From NCBI GenBank assembly GCA_003602515.1, contig QQSB01000003.1:15388-79387 (forward strand): 64,000 nt of DNA, in the 5' to 3' direction. Shown one piece after another: positions 55,164-63,923 of this stretch. The notes under the pieces were generated by a model that was not told the DNA's origin, made no database searches, and saw nothing but the letters and a program-made list of their open reading frames with translations. Made by a program: the position numbers and the translations under genes. This DNA is from Candidatus Poseidoniales archaeon. GTDB lineage: Archaea > Thermoplasmatota > Poseidoniia > Poseidoniales > Thalassarchaeaceae. Numbering within the stretch: the stretch's first letter is position 1; each line of letters starts with the position of its first letter.

Positions 55164-55811
55164 TCAACCACCCATCTCCTCCTTGATCCTCTTCTTCGTG
55201 GCTGCCCACGAACAAATCGGGCACCCTCTAAGATCGTGCCTCAGTGCTGGACAGTGCTCTCTTCCGAAGTAGATAATTTGCAGATGTCTCCTATTCCAAG
55301 TCTCCTCTGGGAAGACTACTTTCAGGTCCCTCTCGGTCTTCGTCACATTACTTCCATCAGAAAGGCCCCATCTGGCTGCCAATCTGTGAATGTGGGTATC
55401 TATGGGGAAAGCAGGGACTCCGAAGGCCTGGCTCATGACCACGCTTGCCGTCTTGTGCCCTACTCCCGCCAAGGACTCTAGGAAGTCCCAATCGGGCCTC
55501 ACACCCCCTCCATCTTCCATAATCTGCTCTGCCATCCTTCGAAGGTTCTTTGACTTGGTTGGGGCCAATCCAATTTCACGAATGATGCTATGAATCTCCT
55601 CTACTTCCAGCAAGGCCATTTCTTCGGGCCTACCAGCAGCCTCGAACAACCTCGGGGTAACCTCATTCACCTTCTTATCAGTCGTCTGAGCAGACAGCAT
55701 CACTGCAACAAGTAGCGTGTATGGATCGGCATGGTCCAGCGGAATCGGCGTCTCCGGGTACATCTCGTCGAGTTTGTCACCGATAATGCCGGCCTTCTCC
55801 GCTCGGCGCAA
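55164..55811 (-). CDS. nth: Endonuclease III
   Basis: LVAVMLSAQTTDKKVN, HhH LAGVGHKTASVV, the catalytic region, and a C-terminal Fe-S Cys cluster CPALRHDLRGCPIC. Confidence 0.9.
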   Translation of the reverse strand: MRRAEKAGIIGDKLDEMYPETPIPLDHADPYTLLVAVMLSAQTTDKKVNEVTPRLFEAAGRPEEMALLEVEEIHSIIREIGLAPTKSKNLRRMAEQIMEDGGGVRPDWDFLESLAGVGHKTASVVMSQAFGVPAFPIDTHIHRLAARWGLSDGSNVTKTERDLKVVFPEETWNRRHLQIIYFGREHCPALRHDLRGCPICSWAATKKRIKEEMGG

Positions 55812-55813
55812 CC

Positions 55814-56020
55814 TCAGACCTCCAGATCCGGACTCCTTTCATCTCTCCAACCGATTATCACCCCAGCAGCGACGCATCCGAAAAACGGCACATAGCAGGA
55901 CAACCATAGCTTGGCACTCCAATCCTCTGGGCTTCCACTCAGGATCCACCCAGATAGGGATAGCAGGGCTCCCGGAACCATCGCAAGAGTGCCGAACAAC
56001 ATAGCCCTGCCAAGTCCCAT
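55814..56020 (-). CDS. Small 2-TM membrane protein
   Basis: 68-aa hydrophobic ORF between the SSS transporter and nth on the same strand. Confidence 0.45.
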   Translation of the reverse strand: MGLGRAMLFGTLAMVPGALLSLSGWILSGSPEDWSAKLWLSCYVPFFGCVAAGVIIGWRDERSPDLEV

Positions 56021-56050
56021 GCCCTCAACGAGACACTAACAGACTTGACT

Positions 56051-57682
56051 CTAACGGGCCTTCTCTCTCACTACCCATTTCGCCATAATTGCCGTCTGGA
56101 CCATGGAAAGTAGCGCTGCCCACCAGATCCACCTGGGGAGCCCCAATGCCCATGCCTCACTATCATCCCACCACCAGAAGTCCTGAGCAAGGACGAAAAC
56201 CACCACTAGTCCAAACATAGGAGCAGCCTCTTCAGGGACAATTTTCCCAAACCAATCTAACCCGATATTCCTGTTGCATGCATACTGGACAGAGGCCAAA
56301 CCAATGATGGCAGCCACAAGTGATGGGATAACAGCAGTGGGAACGGCCCCCTTCACCGGCTCCACCCACCATCCATCAAACGACTCGGGAGAGAGAACCG
56401 CTAGCAATACGACAGATTCCCCTGCAGCAATAGATGCCATTACTGCTCTACCATCGATATTGTTGAAATGGGACGCCGCGAAAACGGAGGGGAACATAAC
56501 GGCGTACATTGAGAAGGCAAGTAGCCCTAGATCCAGAATCGACAAATCAGACCATAGTGAAAGAAGAAGGCCTAAAATTGCCAGAGAGACGATAACAGAT
56601 TCCCTAGACAAAACCCCACTATTTCCCTTGGGGGCCAGATCCCTGGTAACTAGTGAACCCGTAGCGAGAAGCTGCGAGTCCATCGTGGACATCAGTGCTG
56701 CTAGTCCGGCCACAAGAACCAGGCCTCCTAGCCATTCCCCACCAACATCCATGATCATCGTGGGCAGGATATTGTCTGAACCCGGCCTATCGAGTCCTGG
56801 ATTATCCAGATGGCCCAACGTACCAATCAATATTGGAGGTAGGAATGCCAACCATGCCACAGCGGGATACAATGTAGCCATCCTGCCAATTGCGTAATCA
56901 CTTTCCGCGGCACAAAGCCTCTGATACAGCTGGGGGAACATCGGGTCTGCAAAAAGCCAGAGAAGCATCGTGCTCGACCAGATCAGCAGTGTGTAGTTGC
57001 CATCCCTGCCTAGCAATCCAGATGTCTCTTCGGAAGATGAAATCGATTCCAGAGCAACGTCGAGTCCACCTGCATCGTTGATCACCATTGCAAGTCCGAG
57101 CCAGAGAAGCGCCAGTGCGATCGCGCCCTGCACAGCATCCGTCCTAACTACTGCCTTCAATCCGCCAGTTATGGTGTAGCCAACCACTAGGGCTGTGACC
57201 AGCACGGCTCCGATCCACTCTGGCCCGCCGAACAGCGCCGAGACGACAATCCCCGCAGCCCGAGGCTGCAGGGCAAGATACGGAATCGTAGCGATCACCA
57301 GAACCGAGGCCATGGTAAGCTGTGCATTACGGGAACCAGTCTGCCCCAGAATCATCTCTGGCGCCGTCATCGCCCCGTGTTCCACCGAACGAGCCCTGAC
57401 CTTCCTGCCTAGCAGGTACATCGAAACCGCCATAAAACCGGTTCCGAATGCCATTATCGGTAGGAAAGAAAGCCCGATCCTGTAAGAAGCCCCACTCGAG
57501 CCATATACCGTGAAGGCACTGAAGTTTGTCGCTGCCATGGTTATCAATAGGATGGGTCCAGAAAGGCTCCTCCCAGCGAGGTAGTATGACTCGTCCTCCT
57601 TGCCTAGGTCGCGTCGTGCCCAAATGGCGAATGCCACCATTGCTATCGCATAACCGCCGACTATCAGCCAAGCAGAAGCCAC
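56051..57682 (-). CDS. Sodium:solute symporter (SSS family)
   Basis: YYLAGRSLSGPILLITMAATNFSAFTVYG N-terminal signature. About 13-15 TM segments. Trp-rich C-terminal helix. Confidence 0.85.
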   Translation of the reverse strand: MASAWLIVGGYAIAMVAFAIWARRDLGKEDESYYLAGRSLSGPILLITMAATNFSAFTVYGSSGASYRIGLSFLPIMAFGTGFMAVSMYLLGRKVRARSVEHGAMTAPEMILGQTGSRNAQLTMASVLVIATIPYLALQPRAAGIVVSALFGGPEWIGAVLVTALVVGYTITGGLKAVVRTDAVQGAIALALLWLGLAMVINDAGGLDVALESISSSEETSGLLGRDGNYTLLIWSSTMLLWLFADPMFPQLYQRLCAAESDYAIGRMATLYPAVAWLAFLPPILIGTLGHLDNPGLDRPGSDNILPTMIMDVGGEWLGGLVLVAGLAALMSTMDSQLLATGSLVTRDLAPKGNSGVLSRESVIVSLAILGLLLSLWSDLSILDLGLLAFSMYAVMFPSVFAASHFNNIDGRAVMASIAAGESVVLLAVLSPESFDGWWVEPVKGAVPTAVIPSLVAAIIGLASVQYACNRNIGLDWFGKIVPEEAAPMFGLVVVFVLAQDFWWWDDSEAWALGLPRWIWWAALLSMVQTAIMAKWVVREKAR

Positions 57683-57733
57683 GTCAACGCCATGGGGGAT
57701 ACCAGCATTATCTTGACTGTCTCTGCTTGCTCG

Positions 57734-58285
57734 TCACCATGGGAACTTGTATACCCAAATCACGAAGTCATTCAGGATGCATTGGATTGCCAGCATTATC
57801 GAACCGATAATCATCATCACGGATCCCTCGACTCCATCCCGGTATGCCCCAAATGCAAGTAGGCCTAGCATTATGTTCCCGATAGATGCGAACAAAAGCG
57901 TCCCTATAACGAGGTATTGAGTCCATACGTAGTCATTTTCGATATGCAGAATTGTACTCTCTATCCACATTGCAGAGGGGATCAGAAATAATGCATATGC
58001 AAGTAGTAAACGGGTATCGCCATTTCCGTCAGACTCAGCCCAGGGCCACCTCAGGGAACTTACCACAGACTCTTCCAACTGGAAGAAAACGATGTACCAG
58101 TAAATCAGGAAACCAAGTGCAGCCACGAACATGAATGGGACGATGTAATCCCTCCAGGTCTCAGGAACTCCCCCCCACAGATCCATCGGATTCTCAGCGT
58201 GAGATACGCCATATACGTACGAAGCGAGAACAACGGGTCCGAAAACGAAGGTGAAGGCAAGAACCAGTTTGCGGGTGATTTCCAT
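57734..58285 (-). CDS. Membrane protein (about 5 TM)
   Basis: 183-aa hydrophobic ORF. No recognised motif. Confidence 0.55.
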   Translation of the reverse strand: MEITRKLVLAFTFVFGPVVLASYVYGVSHAENPMDLWGGVPETWRDYIVPFMFVAALGFLIYWYIVFFQLEESVVSSLRWPWAESDGNGDTRLLLAYALFLIPSAMWIESTILHIENDYVWTQYLVIGTLLFASIGNIMLGLLAFGAYRDGVEGSVMMIIGSIMLAIQCILNDFVIWVYKFPW

Positions 58286-58342
58286 GCTCGTCGCACGTGC
58301 AGTCAGTCATAAAATCAAAGCCATACACGCTTTCGTAGAATC

Positions 58343-58864
58343 GTGCCCGAGCAATTGGAGGAGCCAGATTACGAGGTGACAGCGTCTCATTCAGGATTCG
58401 AGGTCAGGAGATATTCTGACACTATTCAGGCCAGGGTGAGGACAGAAGGGACGAACTGGCGCGGTTCCAGCGGTGGGTTTCGTAGGATTGCCGGGTACAT
58501 CTTCGGCAGGAACGAGAAGAAGCAGATGATTGCAATGACCGCCCCGGTGCACATCTGGGAGGAGGGAGATGGTACCATGATGGCATTCACGATGCCTTCA
58601 GAGTACGCAATCGAAGATCTCCCCAGTCCAAACGATGGTGGAGTTCATTTGGTCAATACATCAGGGAGATCATTCGCCGCTCTCAAGTTCACTGGACTTT
58701 CGGGTTCAAGGAAGACGGATCGCCTCAAGAAACGACTCATGAGTCTAGTATCCAAAACTGGACTCGAATCATCGGGTCCGGCGATGCTGGCAGTTTACGA
58801 CAATCCAAACACCACCCTGCCCTTCTTGCGGAGGAACGAGATCCTAATCCCTATCCATGACTAG
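58343..58864 (+). CDS. SOUL heme-binding family protein
   Basis: GTG start. EPDYEV...FEVRRY, FRRIAGYIFGRNE, IAMTAPV and FAALKFTG are typical of the SOUL/HBP family. Confidence 0.7.
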   Translation: MPEQLEEPDYEVTASHSGFEVRRYSDTIQARVRTEGTNWRGSSGGFRRIAGYIFGRNEKKQMIAMTAPVHIWEEGDGTMMAFTMPSEYAIEDLPSPNDGGVHLVNTSGRSFAALKFTGLSGSRKTDRLKKRLMSLVSKTGLESSGPAMLAVYDNPNTTLPFLRRNEILIPIHD

Positions 58865-58914
58865 TCGGAGAATTATGGGATAATTCGATTACCCCTCGTA
58901 TTGTCCACCAGCCA

Positions 58915-59439
58915 ATGGACGAAGACCCCCCGGTAGAATGGTGGAAGCAGGGTGCTGTTGAAGGAGCCCCCGAGCCGATAATGATCAGCCCTCCAAAAAC
59001 CAATCCATTCCAAGATTTCGAATTCTCTCCCAGGCCAGAACACACTATGTCGTTCATGGACTCCATAGACAACGTAATCCGAAACTTCCTGAATTTCAGC
59101 GATCGAGCCTCGAGGTCGGAGTATTGGTGGTTCCAGCTCTTCTTCTTCGTTGCCCTCTTGATTGCCGATTCCATCGATGTGATGATCAGTACCATTCACG
59201 ATGGCCCAGGAGATATCTTCGGCACCATTGTCTTCTTGGGGCTAATCATCCCGAATCTGGCGGTAACAGTGAGGCGATTCCATGATATCGGATACTCCGG
59301 ATGGTATATTTTGTTGGTGTTTATTCCCTGCTTGGGGTCGATAATCGGCCTAGTCATAATAGTCCTAATGATGGTTGACGGGCAACCTCAGATCAACGAC
59401 TACGGAACTGTCCCCACCAACACAATCGTTAGAGAGTGA
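58915..59439 (+). CDS. DUF805-family membrane protein
   Basis: RASRSEYWWFQLF, RRFHDIGYSGWY and DYGTVP motifs. The N-terminal Pro-rich extension may not be translated (alternative ATG at 59047). Confidence 0.7.
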   Translation: MDEDPPVEWWKQGAVEGAPEPIMISPPKTNPFQDFEFSPRPEHTMSFMDSIDNVIRNFLNFSDRASRSEYWWFQLFFFVALLIADSIDVMISTIHDGPGDIFGTIVFLGLIIPNLAVTVRRFHDIGYSGWYILLVFIPCLGSIIGLVIIVLMMVDGQPQINDYGTVPTNTIVRE

Positions 59440-59478
59440 AACCGAAAGCAGATTAATCCAGAGCCGAACCAGCGGTAC

Positions 59479-60198
59479 GTGCAGCGTTGTGGCGTGATAG
59501 AAGTCTCCAAAGCCCTGGAATCCGAGGAAGTCACCCTCGTCCTCTTCCATAAGGGCTCCAATGACACCGAAGCCATGAGGCTGAGGGATTTGGCCGAGGA
59601 ACGAGGAATTACAGTTCGGGAGTCTTCCAAGTCGGATATGTGGAGGATGTCCCGTGTCAACGATGGCGAAAGTCCACCACCGATACTTGCCCTAGTAGGG
59701 AGGAGGCCAGACGCAACAGTCGACGAAATCCTGTCCTCCGGGGGGCTGTGCTGGCTTATCGATGGAGCAAGATATCCGGTGAACATCGGCTTCACAATCA
59801 GAACTGCAGAGGTAAGCGGGGCACAGGCTGTTTTCGTCGACGGATCACTGAATCACGTAGAGAAGAAGGCTGCGAGACGGGCTTCAATGAAGGCTCACAG
59901 GTTCATGCCAGTGCATTGGGTGGATGGGGGGGAAATCACCCTCATGGCTAAGGAGGCTGGCTTCCGGGTCATCTCATTGGAGGATAATGGCGAATTAGGT
60001 CCATGGGACGAGGATCTGACTGGGGACATACTCCTTGTAGTTGGGGGCGAGCGTGACGGTATATCCGACTACATACTGAAGGAATCCGACTCGGTGATTA
60101 GAGTCCCAATGTCTGGCTTTGTCCCTTCGTACAACCTACAGGCGCCAATGGCAGTAGTAGCCGCCGAGGCTCTCAGGCAGAGGAATCCAGAGGTCTAG
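59479..60198 (+). CDS. SpoU/TrmH-family RNA 2'-O-methyltransferase
   Basis: GTG start. N-terminal L30e-like substrate-binding region. SPOUT motifs NIGFTIRTAE, LVVGGERDGIS and SYNLQAPMAV. Confidence 0.8.
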   Translation: MQRCGVIEVSKALESEEVTLVLFHKGSNDTEAMRLRDLAEERGITVRESSKSDMWRMSRVNDGESPPPILALVGRRPDATVDEILSSGGLCWLIDGARYPVNIGFTIRTAEVSGAQAVFVDGSLNHVEKKAARRASMKAHRFMPVHWVDGGEITLMAKEAGFRVISLEDNGELGPWDEDLTGDILLVVGGERDGISDYILKESDSVIRVPMSGFVPSYNLQAPMAVVAAEALRQRNPEV

Positions 60199-61340
60199 AA
60201 TGAATCCTCTAGCTCTCTGCTGATGATCATTCTCTGGATTTGGCTGGTCCCCTCGAATATCTGGTAGATCTTAGCCCCCCTCATTCTCCTGGCTACTGGG
60301 TACTCCTCTGAGTAGCCGTACCCGCCAAGGACTTGGACTGCATCGGTAGTTACCTCCATGCACATGTCCGCAGCGAATCTCTTCGCATGCGCCGACTTCA
60401 GAGTCGCCCTTTCTCCTGTGTCTAGGGCATTGGCAGCACTGAGGGTTAGCAGCCTAGCGGCCTCTATCTTGGTAGCCATGTCTGCCAGGATGAACGAGAT
60501 CGACTGGTGCTTGGAAATCGGCTTCCCGAAGGTCTTCCTCTCCTTGGCGTATGTCCATGCCTCCTCCATCGCTCCCCTGGCGTTCCCTACAGCGGCCGCC
60601 GCAACTGCGGGCCTAGAGTGATCAAATGCCTTCATCGCGTTCATCCATCCGCCATTCTCCACCCCTCCGATCAGATTTGACGCCGGGACTCTGACATCGG
60701 TGAAATTCACGCCTCTGGTGTCGGAGCATCTCTGACCCATGTTCTCCTCTTTCTTGCCGAGCTCAATTCCTGGCGAATCGGCATCGACGATGAATCCACT
60801 TAGGCCCCCGTATCCGGCTTCTTTGTCTGTGTATGCTAGGACGAAGAACCAGTCAGCGTATCCAGCACCGGAGATCCATGCCTTGCTTCCATTGATCAGA
60901 TAGCCATCGCCATCTCTGACTGCCTCGGTCTTCAGGGATTGGACATCCGAACCAGCATCTGGCTCAGTCACACAATATGCCGCCAGCTTTCCTGAAGCAA
61001 CCCTCCCTAGGTATTCCGACTTCTGTTCCTCAGTACCTCCTGTCAGGATCGGGAATGATGCAAGCATAGTGTGGTATGAAGCGGTGCCGAAACCCGGGTC
61101 TCCTCGGGAGAGCTCCTCGCAGATTATCATCTCATCAACAGTGGACATGCCAGCACCGCCGTACTTCTCTGGGATTGTAACATTCAGTAGACCCAACTCA
61201 TGGGCCTTCGCAATCGCATCTAGTGGATATGTGCCGCTCTTGTCCCATTCCTCTGCATTGGGGATTACTTCCTCGTCACAGAACTCCCTTGCCATATCAC
61301 GTATCATCATCTGCTCTTCGTTGAGGCGGAAGTCGACCAT
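60195..61340 (-). CDS. Acyl-CoA dehydrogenase
   Basis: CVTEPDAGSD, WISGAG and QVLGGYGYSEEYPVARRMRGAKIYQIFEGTSQIQ (catalytic Glu region). Confidence 0.9.
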   Translation of the reverse strand: MVDFRLNEEQMMIRDMAREFCDEEVIPNAEEWDKSGTYPLDAIAKAHELGLLNVTIPEKYGGAGMSTVDEMIICEELSRGDPGFGTASYHTMLASFPILTGGTEEQKSEYLGRVASGKLAAYCVTEPDAGSDVQSLKTEAVRDGDGYLINGSKAWISGAGYADWFFVLAYTDKEAGYGGLSGFIVDADSPGIELGKKEENMGQRCSDTRGVNFTDVRVPASNLIGGVENGGWMNAMKAFDHSRPAVAAAAVGNARGAMEEAWTYAKERKTFGKPISKHQSISFILADMATKIEAARLLTLSAANALDTGERATLKSAHAKRFAADMCMEVTTDAVQVLGGYGYSEEYPVARRMRGAKIYQIFEGTSQIQRMIISRELEDSF

Positions 61341-61435
61341 GCATCATCCAGCGAATAGCACTACTTGAGTAGTTTCGGGATGCGCTCTTTCACATCAACT
61401 GTTATTTCTCATCCTTTCTTCCGGAATTTGATTGC

Positions 61436-62410
61436 ATGGTGGAAAATAGGCTAATCGAGCACACCGGGTCCGAGTTCCCGATAATCTGCGGGGCAATGTA
61501 CCCATGTTCGAATCCTGAGCTGGTCGCAGCAGCAGCAAATGGCGGGGGGATGGCCATCATTCAACCAGTCTCTTTGACTGTGGTACACGGCTTTGACAAG
61601 CCCGACCTGAATCAGGGCCTGATAGATGGCATCCGTTACATCAGGTCCAAGACGAATAGGCCGATTGGGTTCAATGCCCTGATAGAGAAGGGCAACGACA
61701 AGTACCTGCAGAGGATGTCCGAATGGATTGACATCGCGCTAGACGAGGGAATCAGGTTCTTCGTGACCTCCCTGGGGAAGCCAGACTGGGTATGCGATAG
61801 GGTGCACTCAAGGGGTGGCTTCGTCTACCACGATGTAACGACCCGATTCCATGCCGAGAAGGGGGTCGAGTGTGGTGTTGATGGTCTGATTTGTGTCAAC
61901 GACAGGGCAGGAGGGCATCTGGGTACCGGCAGCATGGAGGAGATGTACGAATCCCTCTCCGACCTAGGATTGCCCCTGATTTGCGCTGGGGGCATTGGCA
62001 GTGAGGAGGAGTTGACAGATGCTCTCAAGATCGGCTATGAGGGAGTCCAGATGGGGACTCGGTTCATCGCTACCGAAGAGTGCTCTATGCCAGAAGGATA
62101 CAAGCAGGCCATAGTGGGAGCAAGTGAGGGCGATATCGACTGGACTGTCAAGCTCACTGGAATCCCTGTCTCGGTCATCAAGACCCCAAAGTACCGCAGG
62201 GAGAATCCATGGTTCGTCCGAGCCCTCCTATCAGGCCGATTCAAGCATAGGACCCGATGGCTGATGAACACGATATCATTCAGACGCTGGAGGAGGATGT
62301 CCAGCGGGGCGAAGTCATCCGACATTTGGTCGGCAGGCAAGAGTGTGGAGACTATCGAAAGCGTTGAGTCGGCGACCACGATAATGAGGAGGCTCGGTGA
62401 GGCCCTATGA
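61436..62410 (+). CDS. Nitronate monooxygenase / FabK-like FMN oxidoreductase (NMO family)
   Basis: PIICGAM, VNDRAGGH, ICAGGIG and GVQMGTRF motifs. Confidence 0.85.
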   Translation: MVENRLIEHTGSEFPIICGAMYPCSNPELVAAAANGGGMAIIQPVSLTVVHGFDKPDLNQGLIDGIRYIRSKTNRPIGFNALIEKGNDKYLQRMSEWIDIALDEGIRFFVTSLGKPDWVCDRVHSRGGFVYHDVTTRFHAEKGVECGVDGLICVNDRAGGHLGTGSMEEMYESLSDLGLPLICAGGIGSEEELTDALKIGYEGVQMGTRFIATEECSMPEGYKQAIVGASEGDIDWTVKLTGIPVSVIKTPKYRRENPWFVRALLSGRFKHRTRWLMNTISFRRWRRMSSGAKSSDIWSAGKSVETIESVESATTIMRRLGEAL

Positions 62411-62728
62411 GAACAAAACGGGCCACTTCCTCTTAATGGCTCTGAAAATCACCCTGGAGACTACCATAGAAGTGAGTAGGAAGGCAACTGATGCCCATAG
62501 AGGGGCTTCACCGCTAGTCGCGAGCAGATAGGTTACAGCCAGAATTCCTGCTCCGTAGACCGCGCGAAATGCAGAGAAGACTAACAAAGCCCGCAACGCT
62601 TTGCTTCCTAGAACTCCTCGATTCAATGTAGTGCTCGGGGTCTCGTCCATCAGATCATTGCCAAGCAGCCATTCCCTACACTTAGTCGTGACCTTGTCGA
62701 AAACTGGTAGTACTTGGCACCACATCAA
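62405..62728 (-). CDS. Small membrane protein (2 TM)
   Basis: 107-aa ORF with two hydrophobic helices. Convergent 6-nt overlap with the NMO gene stop. Confidence 0.45.
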   Translation of the reverse strand: MMWCQVLPVFDKVTTKCREWLLGNDLMDETPSTTLNRGVLGSKALRALLVFSAFRAVYGAGILAVTYLLATSGEAPLWASVAFLLTSMVVSRVIFRAIKRKWPVLFS

Positions 62729-62790
62729 ACTCCTAACTATGGAAATATTAATTTGAATACCTTAAAATAATAATATGCTTTCCAAACATC

Positions 62791-62856
62791 ATGCCTTGTG
62801 ACTGCTGCGACTGCGACCCCTGTGGTCCTACTTGTTCGTGCGATGATTGCTGTTAA
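62791..62856 (+). CDS. Cys-rich 21-aa micro-protein MPCDCCDCDPCGPTCSCDDCC (metallothionein-like candidate)
   Basis: ATG...TAA read directly from the DNA. 9 Cys and 5 Asp in 21 residues. It is a GC-rich codon block inside an AT-rich spacer. TATA-like TTAAAATAATAATAT lies 15-30 nt upstream. Too short for the supplied ORF track. Confidence 0.45.
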   Translation: MPCDCCDCDPCGPTCSCDDCC

Positions 62857-62917
62857 GTTATACAGCAAGCCATCTTATTGATAGATGCTAATTCGTACCA
62901 TAGAGGTTCGAATAGAA

Positions 62918-63109
62918 TCAGTTTACTCCGAATTCAGAGTCTAGTTTGTTCATTGTATCCTGAATATCCTCTACAATCTCGAAAAGTGAATTATCCTTGG
63001 TGTAAACGAGTAGTTTGCCACCGCCCTCAGTTTCCTGGTATGCACATATTGCATCCATCCTTATTCTCGTCATTCCGCCCTCAGTCATTGCCTTGATCCA
63101 ACCTGTCAT
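62918..63109 (-). CDS. Small hypothetical protein
   Basis: 63-aa ORF in an AT-richer patch. No secure motif. Confidence 0.35.
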   Translation of the reverse strand: MTGWIKAMTEGGMTRIRMDAICAYQETEGGGKLLVYTKDNSLFEIVEDIQDTMNKLDSEFGVN

Positions 63110-63241
63110 CAGGTCGCCGCCTCGCGAGTTGAATTTAGTCTATGCCCCTAGTTTCTCACGCTTGCCGATGCGAGCATCACATTCCCTGGATGATTATGCC
63201 GACGTAACAATGACTATTCGTCACCCTAATCGCTCCGAAAC

Positions 63242-63688
63242 ATGGGTGAGAGGAGGTGCGAATTCGATGGCTGTAATGCATTGGAGTTTAGGACATCCGG
63301 GTATTGCCTCCGACATAAGGGAGGTTTGCCGTACGAGAAATCTCGTTACTCCGAAAATCCCGAGAAGAAGCGCCCGGAATCGGTAATCAGAACTGATCCT
63401 TTGCTGATACCCAAGATTGCTTTGGGCTACGTCCCATTTGTCTGGTTTCTGTTGTTTCTAACATCATTGGGCTCAGATACATTCGCCGGATACTATCTTT
63501 TCATCTACAGTGGCATATGTCTAGTGTTTCTACTGCCGCTTTACGCGGTCTATCTTGTCCGGCTCACTTGGCAACGATTCAAAGACGGGACGCTTACCTC
63601 TTCTGTCTCAATATTGCATATTCTCTCGATTGTCGTCCCATTGGCCTGGTTACTGTTATTTGCAACATTTAGCGGCTCTCCAGCCTGA
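63242..63688 (+). CDS. Membrane protein with an N-terminal CxxxGC...GxCxxH zinc-finger-like motif
   Basis: RCEFDGCNALEFRTSGYCLRHK followed by about 4 TM helices. Confidence 0.5.
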   Translation: MGERRCEFDGCNALEFRTSGYCLRHKGGLPYEKSRYSENPEKKRPESVIRTDPLLIPKIALGYVPFVWFLLFLTSLGSDTFAGYYLFIYSGICLVFLLPLYAVYLVRLTWQRFKDGTLTSSVSILHILSIVVPLAWLLLFATFSGSPA

Positions 63689-63923
63689 GAGGGACTAGGT
63701 AACTACCCCTCTGACAATACTGTGCTCTCAATGGGTTGCAAATTACTAGGATTGGAATTATTGCGAATTACCTTCTTTTTCTAGCCATATTCTGAATTCT
63801 GCTGCCCTCCAGTCAGAGGAGTTGTTGCATAGTCTCTATGACTCGTATGAGGCTCACAGGGTACCCTGTGTCCTAGATGAGTACGAAACACCCGTTCATA
63901 TCATCGGTCGACCGCACGGACCC

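Noticed and set aside
56274-56897. 207-aa plus-strand ORF inside the SSS transporter gene
   Set aside because: It is antisense to a well-supported transporter and is low complexity (Ser/Pro/Thr/Ala).
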